Assembly: GCA_050575255.1 (NCBI GenBank)
Contig: JBNZDD010013635.1
Span: 2,601,734 to 2,665,733, forward strand
Reading direction: 5' to 3'
Origin: Harriotta raleighana
Lineage: Eukaryota
Length of the DNA: 64,000 nucleotides
The notes under the pieces were generated by a model, which saw only the letters and a list, made by a program, of their open reading frames with translations, searched no databases and was not told the DNA's origin. The translations under genes and the position numbers were made by a program. Shown piece after piece: positions 34,726 to 48,900 of the stretch; the first letter of the stretch is position 1, and every line of letters starts with the position of its first letter.

Positions 34726-37381
34726 AAAATAGTCTTTTGGTATTACAGGGAAAGAAGAGGGTGAGGGGGCCAGGATTAAGGTCGATAGCACCAAAAGGGA
34801 GTTTGTAGCTGCACAGATATTGAAGGCTTCTTTCCTTTCCTATAAAGTTTTTATGCTGCTTCACAGCTCCACAGATGCAGTTTCTTCCACTGGGCTCGTT
34901 TATTTTCATTACCCCTTTTCTTTCAGTTTTACTTTGTTTCTATTGCAAGTGAAGTTGTGTATTACAAGATGTTTGGTTCCTCCTTTATGCTCTAAATTTT
35001 ACAGATTGTATTTGCTTCCACACACATGACAGTTTTTCTCTACAGTCAAGATTGTAAACTTCAATGCAGTTGAAATCCAGTCTCCGCATTTTGCCCACGT
35101 ATATACAATTATTCTTTTGCTAAAACATGCTGACAACTTAAAGCGTCTTCCTTTTANTAGTTGAAATCCAGTCTCCTAATTATTCTTTTGCTAAAACATG
35201 CTGACAACTTAAAGCGTCTTCCTTTTAAAGAAAAACTGAATACAACCTTTTTTTAAAAAAAACATCAGAAGCATCTCAATTGTGGGTTTCACAGCTAGTT
35301 ATTGTACAGCAACTGCCTCTGAGATGACTGACCATTTCCTGTCCAGACAAAGATTAAATTTAGTGCTGCTGCTCGTCTTGATGATCTTTAAGTGAAGGTT
35401 AAGTGCAGAGTGCTTACAAGAGTGAATTTGCTGTATAAACTGACTGATCATTTCATCCTGCTTGAGTCTAACCAGCTCAAACAGCATAGTTTGCCATTTA
35501 TATTGTTGTCTGGCAAGCTTTCCTGCTGCTTGTCCAACTAGGTCCACCCTACCCCATTAGGGCATTGGCTTACAGAGTTAACAGGATTGGAATGGCCTGG
35601 CTCTCTTCTCCAGTGACCGATCTGCCTTTCCAGATCCTGCCGATGAGCCTGGTTGGCTGTGCCCTGGATTACTGCAGACCCGCCTGACTCAGGAAGCGGA
35701 CCACCGAGAACCCACTGAGAGCTGGCTCGATTCTGACATTCCATTACCAGGCATGCCAATTCAGCACCAAGGAGACTCCCCCCCCCCACCCCCCGGACTG
35801 TGATTATGAATGGCATAATTGGGAAACATGCAATATTCGCAGCTCATAGTTTTGAGGTCATTGTAACTATTTAGTAGGTTTCATTTACACAAGTGTGCTG
35901 TATCTTGCCTTGCATTTCCTGTTTGAAACATTTTCCGTTTGTTAATGTGGACTCTATGCTTATGGTGTAAAGATAACTTTTGATTATTTGAAAATATCTG
36001 GTGCTCTTTAAAAAGAGTTTGCTGATGGAAAAGTAGTCACATTTTAGTTGCAGTTTGTAACATTATTCAAGCGATTATATTTAATTATTTAGTGGTAGTG
36101 TGATCACTGTCTCCCTATGAAAACATGGCTTCTGTTTTTCAAGTAAGGTTGAGAAGGGTTCTGATCATGGACTAGTTGAGGAGTGATGGGTTTATCTGTT
36201 TTTCAAACAAAGAAATAGAATACAGTGGAAGAGATTAGTAATGAATCTAGATTTACTTCTGAAGGTGGCTTTGAATATTCTCTCTTAAGGCAACACTGAC
36301 CTTGCAATCTAGAAAGGGATGTTGTGGTGAAGACGGAAGTTAGTTCTGCTTTTACATTTTTGTGTGCAGCATATCAGCTAACTGGATACCATGTTGGTTC
36401 AGAAATGTGAAGTCTTTTGGTAATTTCTTTCAAGTATTTGAGTAATTTCAGCACTAAAGCCGTTGAAATAGTTTCTGTTTGAGACGTTTATGTATTCAAC
36501 CACCAGCTGAGATGCCATCCGGTGTGGAGGGCGCTATATAAATTGAAGTTGTTGTTGTTGTAGCTATGTGGAAGTAGAACTAGATGGACCTTGGTCTATT
36601 TTCGCCTTCTGTTTTCATGTTTCAATTAACATGATTGTACTGCGTACAGTGAGAAAACCAAGGAAAAAATTCAAGTAGCTTGAAGTAATTTATTACACAC
36701 CTGTGTTTTTGCAAGTACTATACATTTTATGAGTGCCTTAAACAGACTTACTTTGGGTTCGAAACACTAATTGTCTAGGGGCATCCTTCTGATGTGAAAC
36801 ACGTTTCGCACACAAATATACTGTCAAATACACTTCACAGTATATTTTGTGAAGCGCTTTGAGACATCTAACAAGTGAATAGCACTATATCAAATGCATG
36901 GATTATTATACAAATTTAATTTTGTTGTTGTAAACAATTATTGTCTTTGAACTTCCTATACTAGAAAAATGGATGTTACTTATTTCTATTGCAAATTTGG
37001 ATATTCACTGCTAAAAGATTAGTTTGAATAAAAGGCTAAAGAAAATAGTTTCAGGAGTTGTGAAGATTAAAGAACAACAAATGTGAATTGCATTAGGCTC
37101 ACTTCATGCTATTTTCAAAGGAGATACTAGGAAGTTTGAACAAACCATATTTTAAAAAAAATGTTGTTAAAATAACCAGATGTCCTTTGTTTAAAAATTT
37201 CCTTTGGTGTTTCCTTTATAGAGGTTCTGAGTCTTGTATTTTCTAAATAGACGTTTGGAAACCATGGGGTGAGCAAACGTTCACGTTTCTTTTGTTTCCC
37301 CCAGATGCAGATATGTTGCCTTTTGATATATTTTATCAAAGCTAGATAGCATATAACCATAACATGTGATAACTTCTTGTA

Positions 37382-38106
37382 CAGGCAGTCCTCTAGTTAC
37401 GACGTTTCGAGGTACGACAATTCGAAGTTACGACACTTAAAATCAGTAAAATTACGTCCGAGTTACATCCGAGGTCTCGGAAGTTACGACACTACTATGT
37501 AAATACTTTAGTTGCCCCACGCGCGATAGAAAACTGGAGTCGCCGCTCTCAACACTTACGGGACCACGATATGCGTTCAGGACAGGAACAGGATGGAGGC
37601 GAGACGCGAGTGTGTATTGTACAGGTACTGTGTGAGTCTGTGAGCTCGGCGGTACAGTACTCTCCAGCCTTTAGACTGCGCTACGTCACGTGCGATCTGC
37701 GTTGCGCTACGTCACGTGTGATCTGCGTTGCGCTACATCACGTGTGATCTGCGTTGCGCTACGTCGCATGTGATCTCCTGCGTTGCGCTATGTCGCATGT
37801 GATCTGAGTTGCACTACATCGCGTGTGATCTCCTGTGTTGCGCTACGTCGCGTGTGATCTCCTGTGTTGCGCTACATCGAGTGCCAGACTCACAATGAAG
37901 CCATGTAAGTATAGTAATATTTTATTTTATTTACAGTACTGTACATATTAGGAGGGGTGCAGGGGAGAGAGGGCAGCTCACTATACACTACAACCAATCA
38001 CTGTAAGTTACTGTAAGCATTATAGGGGGGTGACTCGACTTACATACAAATTCGACTTACACCACATCTTAGGAACCTAACCTTGACGTAACTTGAGGAC
38101 TGCCTG
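37382..38106. mobile_element. Same MITE, complete 725-bp copy 2
   Basis: Same TIRs and TA TSD; near-identical to copy 1; no transposase ORF. Confidence 0.93.
37677..37880 (+). repeat. About 8 x 26/29-bp CpG-rich minisatellite inside the MITE
   Basis: Unit GCGTTGCGCTACGTCACGTGTGATCT(CCT). Confidence 0.93.
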
Positions 38107-38476
38107 TATACTATGATTTTAAAAAAAACCTCAAGATTTTATATCTGATGAACAGCTTCTGATCATGGCTTCTGATTCTATGAAGGCATTATGTTTTCTT
38201 TATTGTATGTTTATCACAGGATATGGAGATGCTCTTTATGATTGCTGACTGGGCATTAAATTTTAAACATCTAATTCTGCCTAACTCTATAACTGGGTAG
38301 AAGACATCCTCAGCTGCCCAGACAGTTTGTTAAATGTTTGCCCCATTAACATCCCATCCCTGTTTGTTTTACTTTGGATGCAAGCCATGTGGCATTTCTG
38401 TTCCTTTTGGTTCAAAGCATAGTGGTTGTCTTTCAACAGGAATCTAGGGATTGCTATCTCAGAAGTACTGTACTAT

Positions 38477-38781
38477 GGAGTCCTGTAGCTCAGTGGCTAG
38501 AGCACTTCTTACAACCCTGAGACCTGTGTTCGAATCTAGGCAAACCAGGGCAAAACCTTGGGCAAGTTTCCTTACTCCATTCGCATAATAATTCCTCCAA
38601 AAAAACCACAATAATAAAATTTGGTTATTTGGATTGTTTGTGGGACACTGCTGTGCGCAAGTGGCTGTTGCGTTTCGCCCACAAATACAGTCAATTCATT
38701 TTACAGTATATTCTGTGAAGCGCTTTGAGACGTCTAGAAGACGTGAAAAGTAATATGTCAAATTGAAGGATTATTATTATT
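38477..38781 (+). mobile_element. Full-length tRNA-derived SINE
   Basis: GGAGTCCTGTAGCTCAGTGG...GTTCGAATC...(ATT)n. Confidence 0.92.
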
Positions 38782-39799
38782 ACTTTCTGCTCTGCCATGC
38801 TTTTTTTGTCACCGATCCAATTGTTTATGCAGTGGAGGAGGAAATTGACTCAAGTGCAATTGTATCACATTCGCCAAGTTTCAAGCACGCTTGGCAGCTT
38901 TTAAGTACGTTTCCAAACGTTTGGGATTCGCTCCAGTCCAAATGTTGGGTTTGTGAGTTCTATGGTAACTATCTACTCTTGGTTCGTTAATTCATGTTCA
39001 TGTTCGTTCATTCCACCCAAGGATTCCATGCATTATATTCTACTGCCATTAACTTCCAAGGAGTATTTTTCTTATTTGCATTGTGCAGAAGAGCTGCTTG
39101 TATCAGTGACCCAGGTGTAGGTATTCAGTTTGAAATGTTCATCTTTCTGTTCCTGAAGTACAACAACAACAACTTCGATTTATATAGGGCCCTCCAAGCC
39201 GGACGGCGTCTCAGAGAGCTTGACGTATAACAATTGCAGCCTTTTTTTAAAAAAAAGCATGGTGCATCATTTTATTTAATCAGTATGGAAAATAATTCTC
39301 AAGGTGCAGTACCCATGAGCTTTTGTAACTGAGCAGTGATGCTTGTTGAACCTAATTAACTTTAACGCCTGAAGAGACTTCTTAAAAAAAACTTTGGAAT
39401 TCCCAATCCTTTCTAATGGGACAAAGCCTCTTGGGTTTAAATAGTTCCTGGATTCTCCACTCACATTTTTTTGTTTTTGTACATTGTTATTGTACCTTCT
39501 GGGGATTTTGTGTACTCTTCATGTAAGCGATTATGATGTTCATTAAATTGAACAAAATTCTTTGAAAAGTGGGAACTTTGCTCCACATTATCTCTACATT
39601 GAGCTGCTTTTGATTATGTGGTTGGATCATCTCTTATTACTTGTTTATAGGCTGTTGATATTTCTATTGTGAGTTTCTTTTAATTGAAGCTAAATTAATT
39701 TGACTTGTTGTAAAATAGGTAAAGCATGCCATAAAGGATTTGTGATTTGCAAGTGACAGTTACAATTCATAGTGGGTGTATTTATCATCAACCTCCATG

Positions 39800-40552
39800 G
39801 TTGCTCACTCGACCTCACCAAGCCAGTCAGAAACCGATGTGCCTTGTTCGACCCTCAACTGTCCTTTCTCCCCCACATCCAAGCAATGACTCACTCTGCC
39901 TTTCCTCATCTCCACAATATTGCTTGACTCCGCCATGACCTCACCCCCAAAGCCGCTGAAACCCTCATTCATGCCTTCATTACATCTGGCTCGACTATGC
40001 AAATGCCCTGCTTGTCGATCTTCCCAATTCCTCCCTCCACAGGTTGCAGATGATCCAGAACTGTGCGGCCAGTGTCCTCTATTGTTCCAAACTCCGTTCC
40101 CCCATTCTTGCCCGACTACATTGGCTCCACATCATCCTGAGGATCCAATTCAGGATCCTGATTCTCACATTTAAAGCCCTCCACAACTTCACCCCACTCT
40201 ATATCCATGACCTTCTAATCTCTTACCAACCTGCCCGCCCTCTCCGTTCAGCAGGATCTGGCCTGTTCCATGTCTCCTGACTCACCCACCCTACCATTGG
40301 CGGATGAGCTTTTAACCACTGTGCCCCCAACTTCTGGAACTCCATCCCGCAGTCCCTCCACCTCACCCCCTCCCTGGCCTCCTTCAAGTCCCGCCTTAAG
40401 ACTCTCCTCTTCGATGGTCCCATCGGCAACTCCTAATTCCCCCCCACCCCCTTCCCTCCTACCCTCTGTCCCCAGCTCGGGTCTGAATCAGTGACTGTCC
40501 AGCATCTTGGGGCATCCTCCTGACGCTATACAAGTGTAATTTTATTGTTATT
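39800..40552 (+). mobile_element. L2 LINE 3' fragment (degraded ORF2)
   Basis: LQMIQNCAA..LARLHWL..RIQFRIL motifs and L2 tail. Confidence 0.9.
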
Positions 40553-42939
40553 ATACTTTGAGAAACTGGGAGTACAAATGATTTTCTTGACTTAGAAAAA
40601 AGAAAATTGTACCTGGCCTTGGAGATAATGCATACAGTGTGTGATTGTGATATTTAGAAAGTGTGCAGAGCATGTCTCACTATCTAGCTTTCGTTATAAG
40701 ATAGGTATCATCTGTCAAATGATTGGATATAGAAAAGTTACCCAAACTTGTTGTTGTCTTGTTTTGACAATTTTACTATTGATAATAAAAGGATCAGATA
40801 CAGGGTAGACTTTTCTATCTAAAAGATGTTTACTTGGTAGCATTTGGCAGATTCCCTTTGCAGCACACATTGCCATAACAGCTTCATAATGTGCTCTTGT
40901 ACGTCTCATAGAGGCTGCTTTATATAGGACAGAGCTGTATTTACAAAGTGCAGGAGAGAGAGTACAGAAAAGTTAGATTTGCGGTCTTCGCTCATTGTTA
41001 GAAATGTGAGCATTCTCATCCTATGTTATTCAGCCAATGAAGGGACACTGAGTCATTATGGTCCAGGAGGGGAGAGTGTATCACAGCATTTTCTGCTATG
41101 GGATGGTTAATCATGGTGCTAACTTTATACAAAACAACTCCAGAATGGAAAAAAAAAAATCCTGGATCATTGTTTTTCTTGCTGTGGATAGTTTTGGATT
41201 GAGCAACTTTCAGTCGGATCTGCAACTGACACTTTTTACATGTAAAAAAGCATCTGTCTGAGAAATCAAATCTGTCTGTACCACCACGTGTCAACATCAA
41301 TTGTTTCCAGTGGAGACTTCCCCCATAGGGTTAATTGGGTGTTACATTCTGCTGTATTAAATTGCCAGACTTTATTTTGCTCTTTGTTCACCTAGACTCA
41401 TTTTTAAATAATAATTCGGGAACCCTACGATCTCAGTTATGTTAGAAAAGAAGTTCAAATTAAAATGAGAAAGGAAATTTATTTTGCTGCTAAATGGAAG
41501 CATTGTATTGAGCACATGGTGATGTTCTGCCCAACCTAAGTTTGATTTGGCACTTCAGCTTCTTTTCAATTGTGTTGTTTTAAAATAAACATTTTAGTTC
41601 CCAATATGATAGACTAAGACTTCTTCTTACTTTGTTCCTAACTCCACTTGACAGTCACTCTGTGGGTATGACTCTGTGGCTTATTAGCTAGCTGCTGGGG
41701 ATGGGCTGCTTTATAAGCACAGGTGAAACTACCCCACATGCTGTTACTGAAGGGTAGGTTTTAGCTTTGAAACTACATTTTTAAGGAGCCTGACTGGTTA
41801 AAGTGCTACTTACCTACATACAATTGTTAGAGAAACAGTATTGCACTTTTTGCATTGTGAATAGAAAATATGGGTGTAACTGATATTTACAAAAATATTT
41901 ATTACTGTATTTTATAAAACTGGGATTTAAAAAAATGTTCAGTAAGGTTTGTTCAGTGTGCCCCGGAATTAATTGGGAGCAGGAAGAACATTAAATATTC
42001 ATTTTTTTTAAAAAAGATTAAACTCGACTATTATTCCTTCAGTTTGATTTGTNATGTTCAGTAAGGTTTGTTCAGTGTGCCCCGGAATTAATTGGGAGCA
42101 GGAAGAACATTAAATATTCATTTTTTTAAAAAAGATTAAACTCGACTATTATTCCTTCAGTTTGATTTGTTAGTTTAACATTTGTATGTATGTGAAACTG
42201 AATATGAATGATTATATAAATATTAGACATTTAGTTGTAAGCAATGCTGAGCTCTTTTTCTCTTTCTTTCTTGCTGTCTGGAGTATGACAATGAATTTTA
42301 CTGGAGATTACTCAGGGGAAGGGGGTAAGATTCATTCTATTTTTGCCCCTTGTGCTTTTTGGAGTATGTTGGTGGTCAACTCCTGAGGCACAACTTGATA
42401 TTATAGTTGTGGTTACAGTGAGAGAGGAGAGATGCAGTGTTTTCAGTGTAGTTGTTTGGAAGAGTTGTTAAACCAAGATCCTATCTGTTCTATTCTTTAT
42501 GCTTGGATCCCCAGGCACTATTTTGGAGTAGAGTCAGATCTTCAGTTGCCTTTGTATGCTGCAGACTTGACTTAATATAGTTAAAGTTGCTGAGCTGAAT
42601 CAAGTAAGCCTGCCGACTTCCACTCTTCCGTAACATATTGGCGTTATTGCAAAACTATTGTATTGATGTTAAGAGATCCAGAATGGTCAGGGCTGCCACT
42701 ATTTTGAAAACCTAAGCTCTTTCAAATGGATGAGGAAAAGCCTAGCAGTCTTGCCACTTGTTTTCTGAGTCCCAGTTGTAATGAGTTTATGGTTAATGCT
42801 CATTATCCAGGTAAATTAATTTAGATTCCTGGATGAGAAGAAATTAATGCGGGGGGAAAAAATAAACTTGTCAAATCTTATGGAGTAATGAATGATAAAC
42901 TATTCTTTCTCTTTCAGGTAGAATTGTGCAATCTCCACC

Positions 42940-42966
42940 ATGTCTCAGTCAGCAGAAAAATTTAAG
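42940..42966 (+). CDS. SEPTIN2: SEPT2 ATG exon (exon 42918-42966): MSQSAEKFK
   Basis: ctttcag| acceptor, Kozak ccaccATG, AAG|gtgagc donor, phase 0. Confidence 0.85.
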
Positions 42967-45900
42967 GTGAGCAGTTATTGGTTTACAAAAAACTAGAATG
43001 GTATTATTTGGGATGATTTCTTTGTAATAGCTGTGAAGTAAAGACTTGTCTATGGTACTAGTTTCTGGTTGAAGCTAGTAAACAAGCTGTACTGAAGCTA
43101 CCCAGAGATTCAGCGTGAACTGAATGTTCGGAAAAGTTTGTTATGCACCTTTAAGAAGATGTCCTTTCATTTGCACATATCTGGTGTTTCCTTCAGTGAG
43201 TCTTGACTTAGTCTGCTTATTGTCTTAAACGTTGATTAACTTGTCATCAAAATAGACTAAGATTGTAAATCACCTGTACGACATTAATGTGAAATTGTAG
43301 TTTTGAATGTAAACCACAACAACAACTTGCACTTATAGCACCCTCCACTCAGAGTAGAATGTTTGAGTACTTAAAACTAGCATTTGAATGAGACCAACCT
43401 TACTAATGTGAATGTCTTAATGAGACCAACTTTACTCATGTGAATGTCTTAAAAGGGTGGCTGATGTAGCAATAACACTGATTTTGTGAAATTGTTTCTG
43501 TTTATTTTTTAATAAGGTTTTCATGAATTGCTACAACTATTGAGTTTATCCTGAAGCTGAATTTCTCTTAACTCTACGAAGCTCACCTGAGATGTGAAAA
43601 TGAGAGGATTTCCCATGTTTAATGAGAAAACTGAGCTTCAGGCAATACCACACACTTCTAGGTTTGCCTCAAACATGGCACTGAAGTATTGGGTTGGTGC
43701 CTCGGATGGTCCCTGGCAAACGTTGCACTGACAGCCAGAAGCTATAGAGAAACATTAAAGTAGTTAGTTAAAAGATGTGTTTTTGTGAATATAATAATTT
43801 TTTGTCACTCAAGCAAGCTGCCCTTGCTGGCAGAGCTGACAACAGTTCACATCATCCAGCATTCATGCATCGCATTATAACATGATGAGTGGGCACAAGA
43901 AGCAGGCTAGGGTTCTACTCTTAGAGTTCTTCTACTATTAGAGTTCTTCTACTCTTAGAATTCTTCTACTCTTACCCGGATTGCACCCAACTCCTCTTCC
44001 ACCTTCAAATCCATCACCATTGCTTTCCCGATGGACTACCTCTCAGACATTAAGTCAAGATAAGCTTTGACATTCTCTAACTAATTGACAACTGAGGCCG
44101 GTGCCACTGTCTCCTGACCTCAATGCTGACCATGACATTCTTCCTGGCTGTTAACTCAATTCACAGAGCCTGGGCGACATTTCTGCATTTTGTTTAGCCC
44201 TCAACACTCTTTTCATTCAGACTCCCTAACCAAATCCACCTTTCTCTGTCTTCAAAACATTGTCTGCCTCTACTTCACGGATGCAGTGTATAATAATTGC
44301 ATTTGATACAGCGCTGTTCATGTCTTCTAGATGTCTCAAAGCGCTTCACAGAATATACTGCAAAGTGAATATGTGGGCAAAATGCAGCAGCCAGTTGCTC
44401 AGAGCAGTGTCCCACAAACACTTGTGGATTGAAATGACCAATCGGTGTATTTTTTTTAGGGATTATTATTAGTTAGGCAGAGTAAGGAAACTTTCTTAAG
44501 ATTTCGTTCTGCTTGGAATTGAACTGAGATCTCTTGCTTGTAAGGTGAGTGCTTTAATCACTGAGCTGCAGGACTCCAATGTTCCTTCCTAGAGAGAGAG
44601 AGAGCATTCTATTCCAGATGGGTTGAAATTGCACATGTGGAGGGCATGCATACGTGGATTCCTGTCTGGTTAGATACCCTTAAACATAATGATGGGTTTC
44701 TGCATGTGTCCGACAGCTGCCCAATCAAATAAAATCAACAAAAGATTTTTGACCTTACCTTCAAATGTCTCTATGCCCTCGCCTTATCCTCTATTTCCTA
44801 TGACCCTATTCCACGGCCCCTCCCTCCACTTCACTGACTGCTCTGCTCTGTGTCCCCCATTAACTCTGCCTCAGGATAGGCTGCTGAGCTTCCAGCCACA
44901 CATGGCTCTGCCCCGTGGAACTCTTTCAAAACCCCTGCTGCTTGTCGGCTTCATTTCTGCTTTTAAAACCCGTTTAGCCCTCTTTTCCTCACTTCTTCAC
45001 ACCCCCCCACCTCCTCTATTTCCATTCCAAAGTGGCCACTCTATCATGAAGTGGTGCCATAAAAGTGCAATTTGGTGTTGATTTTTGCTGCGGCTTCCAA
45101 CAATCCAAAATGTTTTAGGATCAGGTCTGTCTCATTTTGCATTTCCCAAAGAACATTTTTACATTTGTGTATTTTGTGTTTGGGAGCATGGGGAAAGAAA
45201 TGACTATTAAAGGCATCTGGAGGGTAAGTGCCTGTGCTGTCCAATCAGTTGTGCAGACTTCATGGGAATTTTCACCGCTACAGACGTGGAAAGAGAAATG
45301 TATTGCATAAATTCCCGACATGGGATTTACTCTGAAGCTGGGTGAGCACTCGTGAAGCGAGGAATACAAATGGTCTATAATCATTAAATATGTGCTATTC
45401 TACTTACTGTTCAGCAGTTAATTGCAGGCAGGATGGGCCTTGTTTCATTGGCATCCTCTTCTGCCAAGTCATTGTTGGTGATGGAGGGAGGGGAGAGACT
45501 TTCTTACTGGTTTTAAAGTTCATCCCTACAGTGCTCATTTAGCCGGCAGATTATTTCCCTCTTTTATGAAGTTATTTTAATTTTAACACTGTCTCATGTT
45601 ATTTCTGGACTGTGCCAGTCGATTAAGGTGTTGATAACCATTACATATTGTGGGAATTATCAACGATAAAACGATTTACTGATTTTAAAAAAATATTCCA
45701 TGTTGAAGTATACTTGTTTGGCCCAGAAGTTGTACTACAAAATATACATTAGTTAGGGCATTTTCACTTCTGTAAACTGACTATTTGGAGACACCATTTC
45801 TAGTGAGATGATTAAACCCTGAATGAGTACTGGTGACGGTTGACTTTCATGCTGACTATGTGAAAAAACATGTTGAGATAAGCAGAAGAGACACTCAGCT

Positions 45901-48900
45901 GGGCCTTGGAGTTTTCAACTGATGGCCCTTGAATAGGACTAGAGATAAAACTCCTGAACTTGCTGCCAGTAATTTGAGCTGGACATTTACTTTAACATGG
46001 GTTCCTGGCCCTAATTTCAGAGCAACATTTACACTGATTTATAAATAATAATAATCCTTGCATTTGATAGCTCTTTTCACATTTTAGTGACATCTCAAAA
46101 CACTTCACAGAATATATTGTAAAGTGAACTGACTGTATATTTGTGAGCGAAATGTGGCAGCCAATTGTGCATAGCAGTGTCACACAAACAACTGTGGATT
46201 GAAATGACCAATTTAAAAAAAAAAATTGGGATGGATAATTATTAGGCGTGTGGTCTAAGGAAATTTGTCCACGGTTTTGCCCTGATCTGCCTGGATTCGA
46301 ACACAGGTCTCACACTTGTAAAGCGAGTGCTCTAACCACTGAGCTACAGGAGCTCCACAATTTGATCTCTTTGCGTTAGGATTACCATGCAGGGGAGAAA
46401 ACACACCAAAGTGTGCACCTAGAATCGTAGAATTATACAGCATAGAAGGAGACCATTTGGCCCATCGTGCCGGCTCTTTTGGAAGAGCTGTCCAAATCAA
46501 TCCCACTCCCCTGCAAACTTGTCCACCCCAAATACTGTAATTATCTACTTCTCTCTTAAAAGTTGCTATTGAATCAGTTTCCATCTCTTCCAAGTCGGGT
46601 GGAATATAAATAGTGACATAGACTACTTGGGCTGATTTCGTCTTTCTGTGTGGTTTTATGGTAGTCGTTTTATAACTTGGTCCATGTTCTGCAGCAGAAC
46701 CTGGCATTCCATTTGAACAAGAAGACTTAAAAAAAAGTTTTGCAAATCTTCCAAGACTGAACAAAATAGTGTGAGATAGCACATTATTATGGAAGATTTA
46801 ACATAAGAGCAAAGGGAACTGCAAAGAGAGACCTCATTGGGAAAGTGTTTACCCTGCTGTCTCAATGATATGTATTCCAGCTGTGCTGTTACTCGGTGGC
46901 CCACTGCCTCTGTAAATACAGAGCAGCCATCTGGAGATCTGGCCAAACCCACACTCGCAAGGCTTGTGGGGGGGTGGGGGGGGAGTAAAAAGAGGAAAGG
47001 AGAATCAACATTTCACAGTGAATCTCCTTCTGGACCATCAATCAAACATGATTAGAAGCACAAACAAGCTGCCAAGAATTTTCTGCTTGGATTGGAGTTT
47101 GTCTATGCTGTAATGGGAGCGACTGTGAACAGTGCGTTGGAATTCTGGAGTCCGCTCTGGTATGCATTCATCCAGACACTAGTATTTAAAAAGCAATTAA
47201 TCTATTTTTCCTTTGGCAAAGTCGAGAGGGCTCTTGGGGGAGCAGTGTGATTACATTAGGCTAAGCATATTTAAGGTAGCCCTACTCACTTTTCACCTGT
47301 TTACTGTGTCCCAGTTTGAGAGAGAATAATTATCCGTATGCATAATGTCAAAAATTTACAGTGTAAATTTAAAAACAAATCTATACTTTGTCCAGATGAG
47401 AGGTTCAGTTCATACCAATGATGCTTCAACATTTATGCCAATGATAGCATCAACGTAATCTTGTTTTATTAAGAAATGGCATCATTTACAGGGTGAAACC
47501 TCTCTCTGTGATACCCCAAACTGACTGCTGCTACAGAGATCGAGTTTCAGATGGGAAGATCTGAATAGAATCTACTCACTGCATTTCTAATCAAATTTAC
47601 TGTTTGTGTGGGTGGTGCTGAAAATGCTGCATCTATGGAAATCAGCAGATAATTGTCTGCTTTAAAAGCTATTAACTATCCAATACACACTTAACAGCAT
47701 GTAAATGGAGATTTCCACCGTGTATGTCTGTGATAGATTGATGTGTGATGTCTGAAGATTTCAATTAGGCTTTAGCTGGATTGTGGGTGCAGTTAGGTTT
47801 GAGGCTTTCCAAAGCGAAGTGAAGGCCAAAATACTTTTATTTACTTTGGGACATGCATCTCATTGAATTGTTCCTGCAAATTAATGGTTTTACAACAACA
47901 AATTCCATTTATACTGCCTTTCATTGGGAAGGATGTTCCAAGATGTTGGTCAGTTGTGGACCTGAACTGTGGATTTGGGGTTGGGAGGAGTGGGGGAAAA
48001 GAAGGTAGGGAGGATGTTGGCTGAAGGCAGGGTTAAAGAGGAAGGTCTTGAAGCAGATCGCAAAGGAACGAGTGAGGCAATGGAACTCCTGTGTGCAGTT
48101 CCAGAGAATAAGAGCAGATGGGCTGAAAGCCTCACTGATGATGGGGGACAGGCATAGTGGAGATTGTGAAGTAGACCAGTGAATAATTGGAAGAAATTAT
48201 ATTGGAATCTCACTAGTTTTCAGACACCTGGTGCTCCAGCAACAATACAAGAAGCAAACTGTCTTATCACTTCTCTGTAGAGATATTGTTGCAATTATGT
48301 GAGTATCAGCTTCCTCCAGGCCGGTCCAAAGCTTCCTTTGGAACTGCTAAGCTGCTCTCTGCAAAATGCAGCTGGTTTTAAGAGTTAAGTGAGACAATGA
48401 TATTTATGTGGGGTATTTCTTCACTATTAAATGCTGTATTGTAACTTTTTTTCTTCCTATCTCCAGTGGGAGTACTTTGAATATTCTCTGACCATTATTT
48501 CCACCTCCTTAATTTCTATTTTATCTCTCCTTCTGTTGCAAAGATTAAAATCAGCTAAATAAACCGAGATGCATCTTGAAATCACCCCACCAACTGTGGC
48601 TCGAGCATCTCCACAGTTACCGCCGTTTTTTGTCGCGTGCGAAAAGCGGCCTACTAGTTGAACATCATCCTGGATAAAAATGATCCCAAAATTCTTTGTT
48701 CCACCACTCACCACCTTCTCTGTGCGCCCATTGGGCATCCTCAATCTTCACTTCAAATTCAAAGTGTGAGGAGTTCATGGACTTTTCCTCCAAAATCCGT
48801 CCCTGCCCCCTCAAAACTGCTACCACCGTACCCCTCCTCAAAAAACCTTCCCTAGATCCCTCAAACCTTAGCCACTACCAACCCTATTTCAAACATGGGT

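Noticed and set aside
37677-37880. CRISPR-like regular repeats
   Set aside because: Contiguous units without unique spacers, inside a MITE in a vertebrate intron
38477-38550. tRNA-like sequences (also 365, 16365, 20133, 46290)
   Set aside because: SINE heads continuous with the SINE body and tail; no intact cloverleaf
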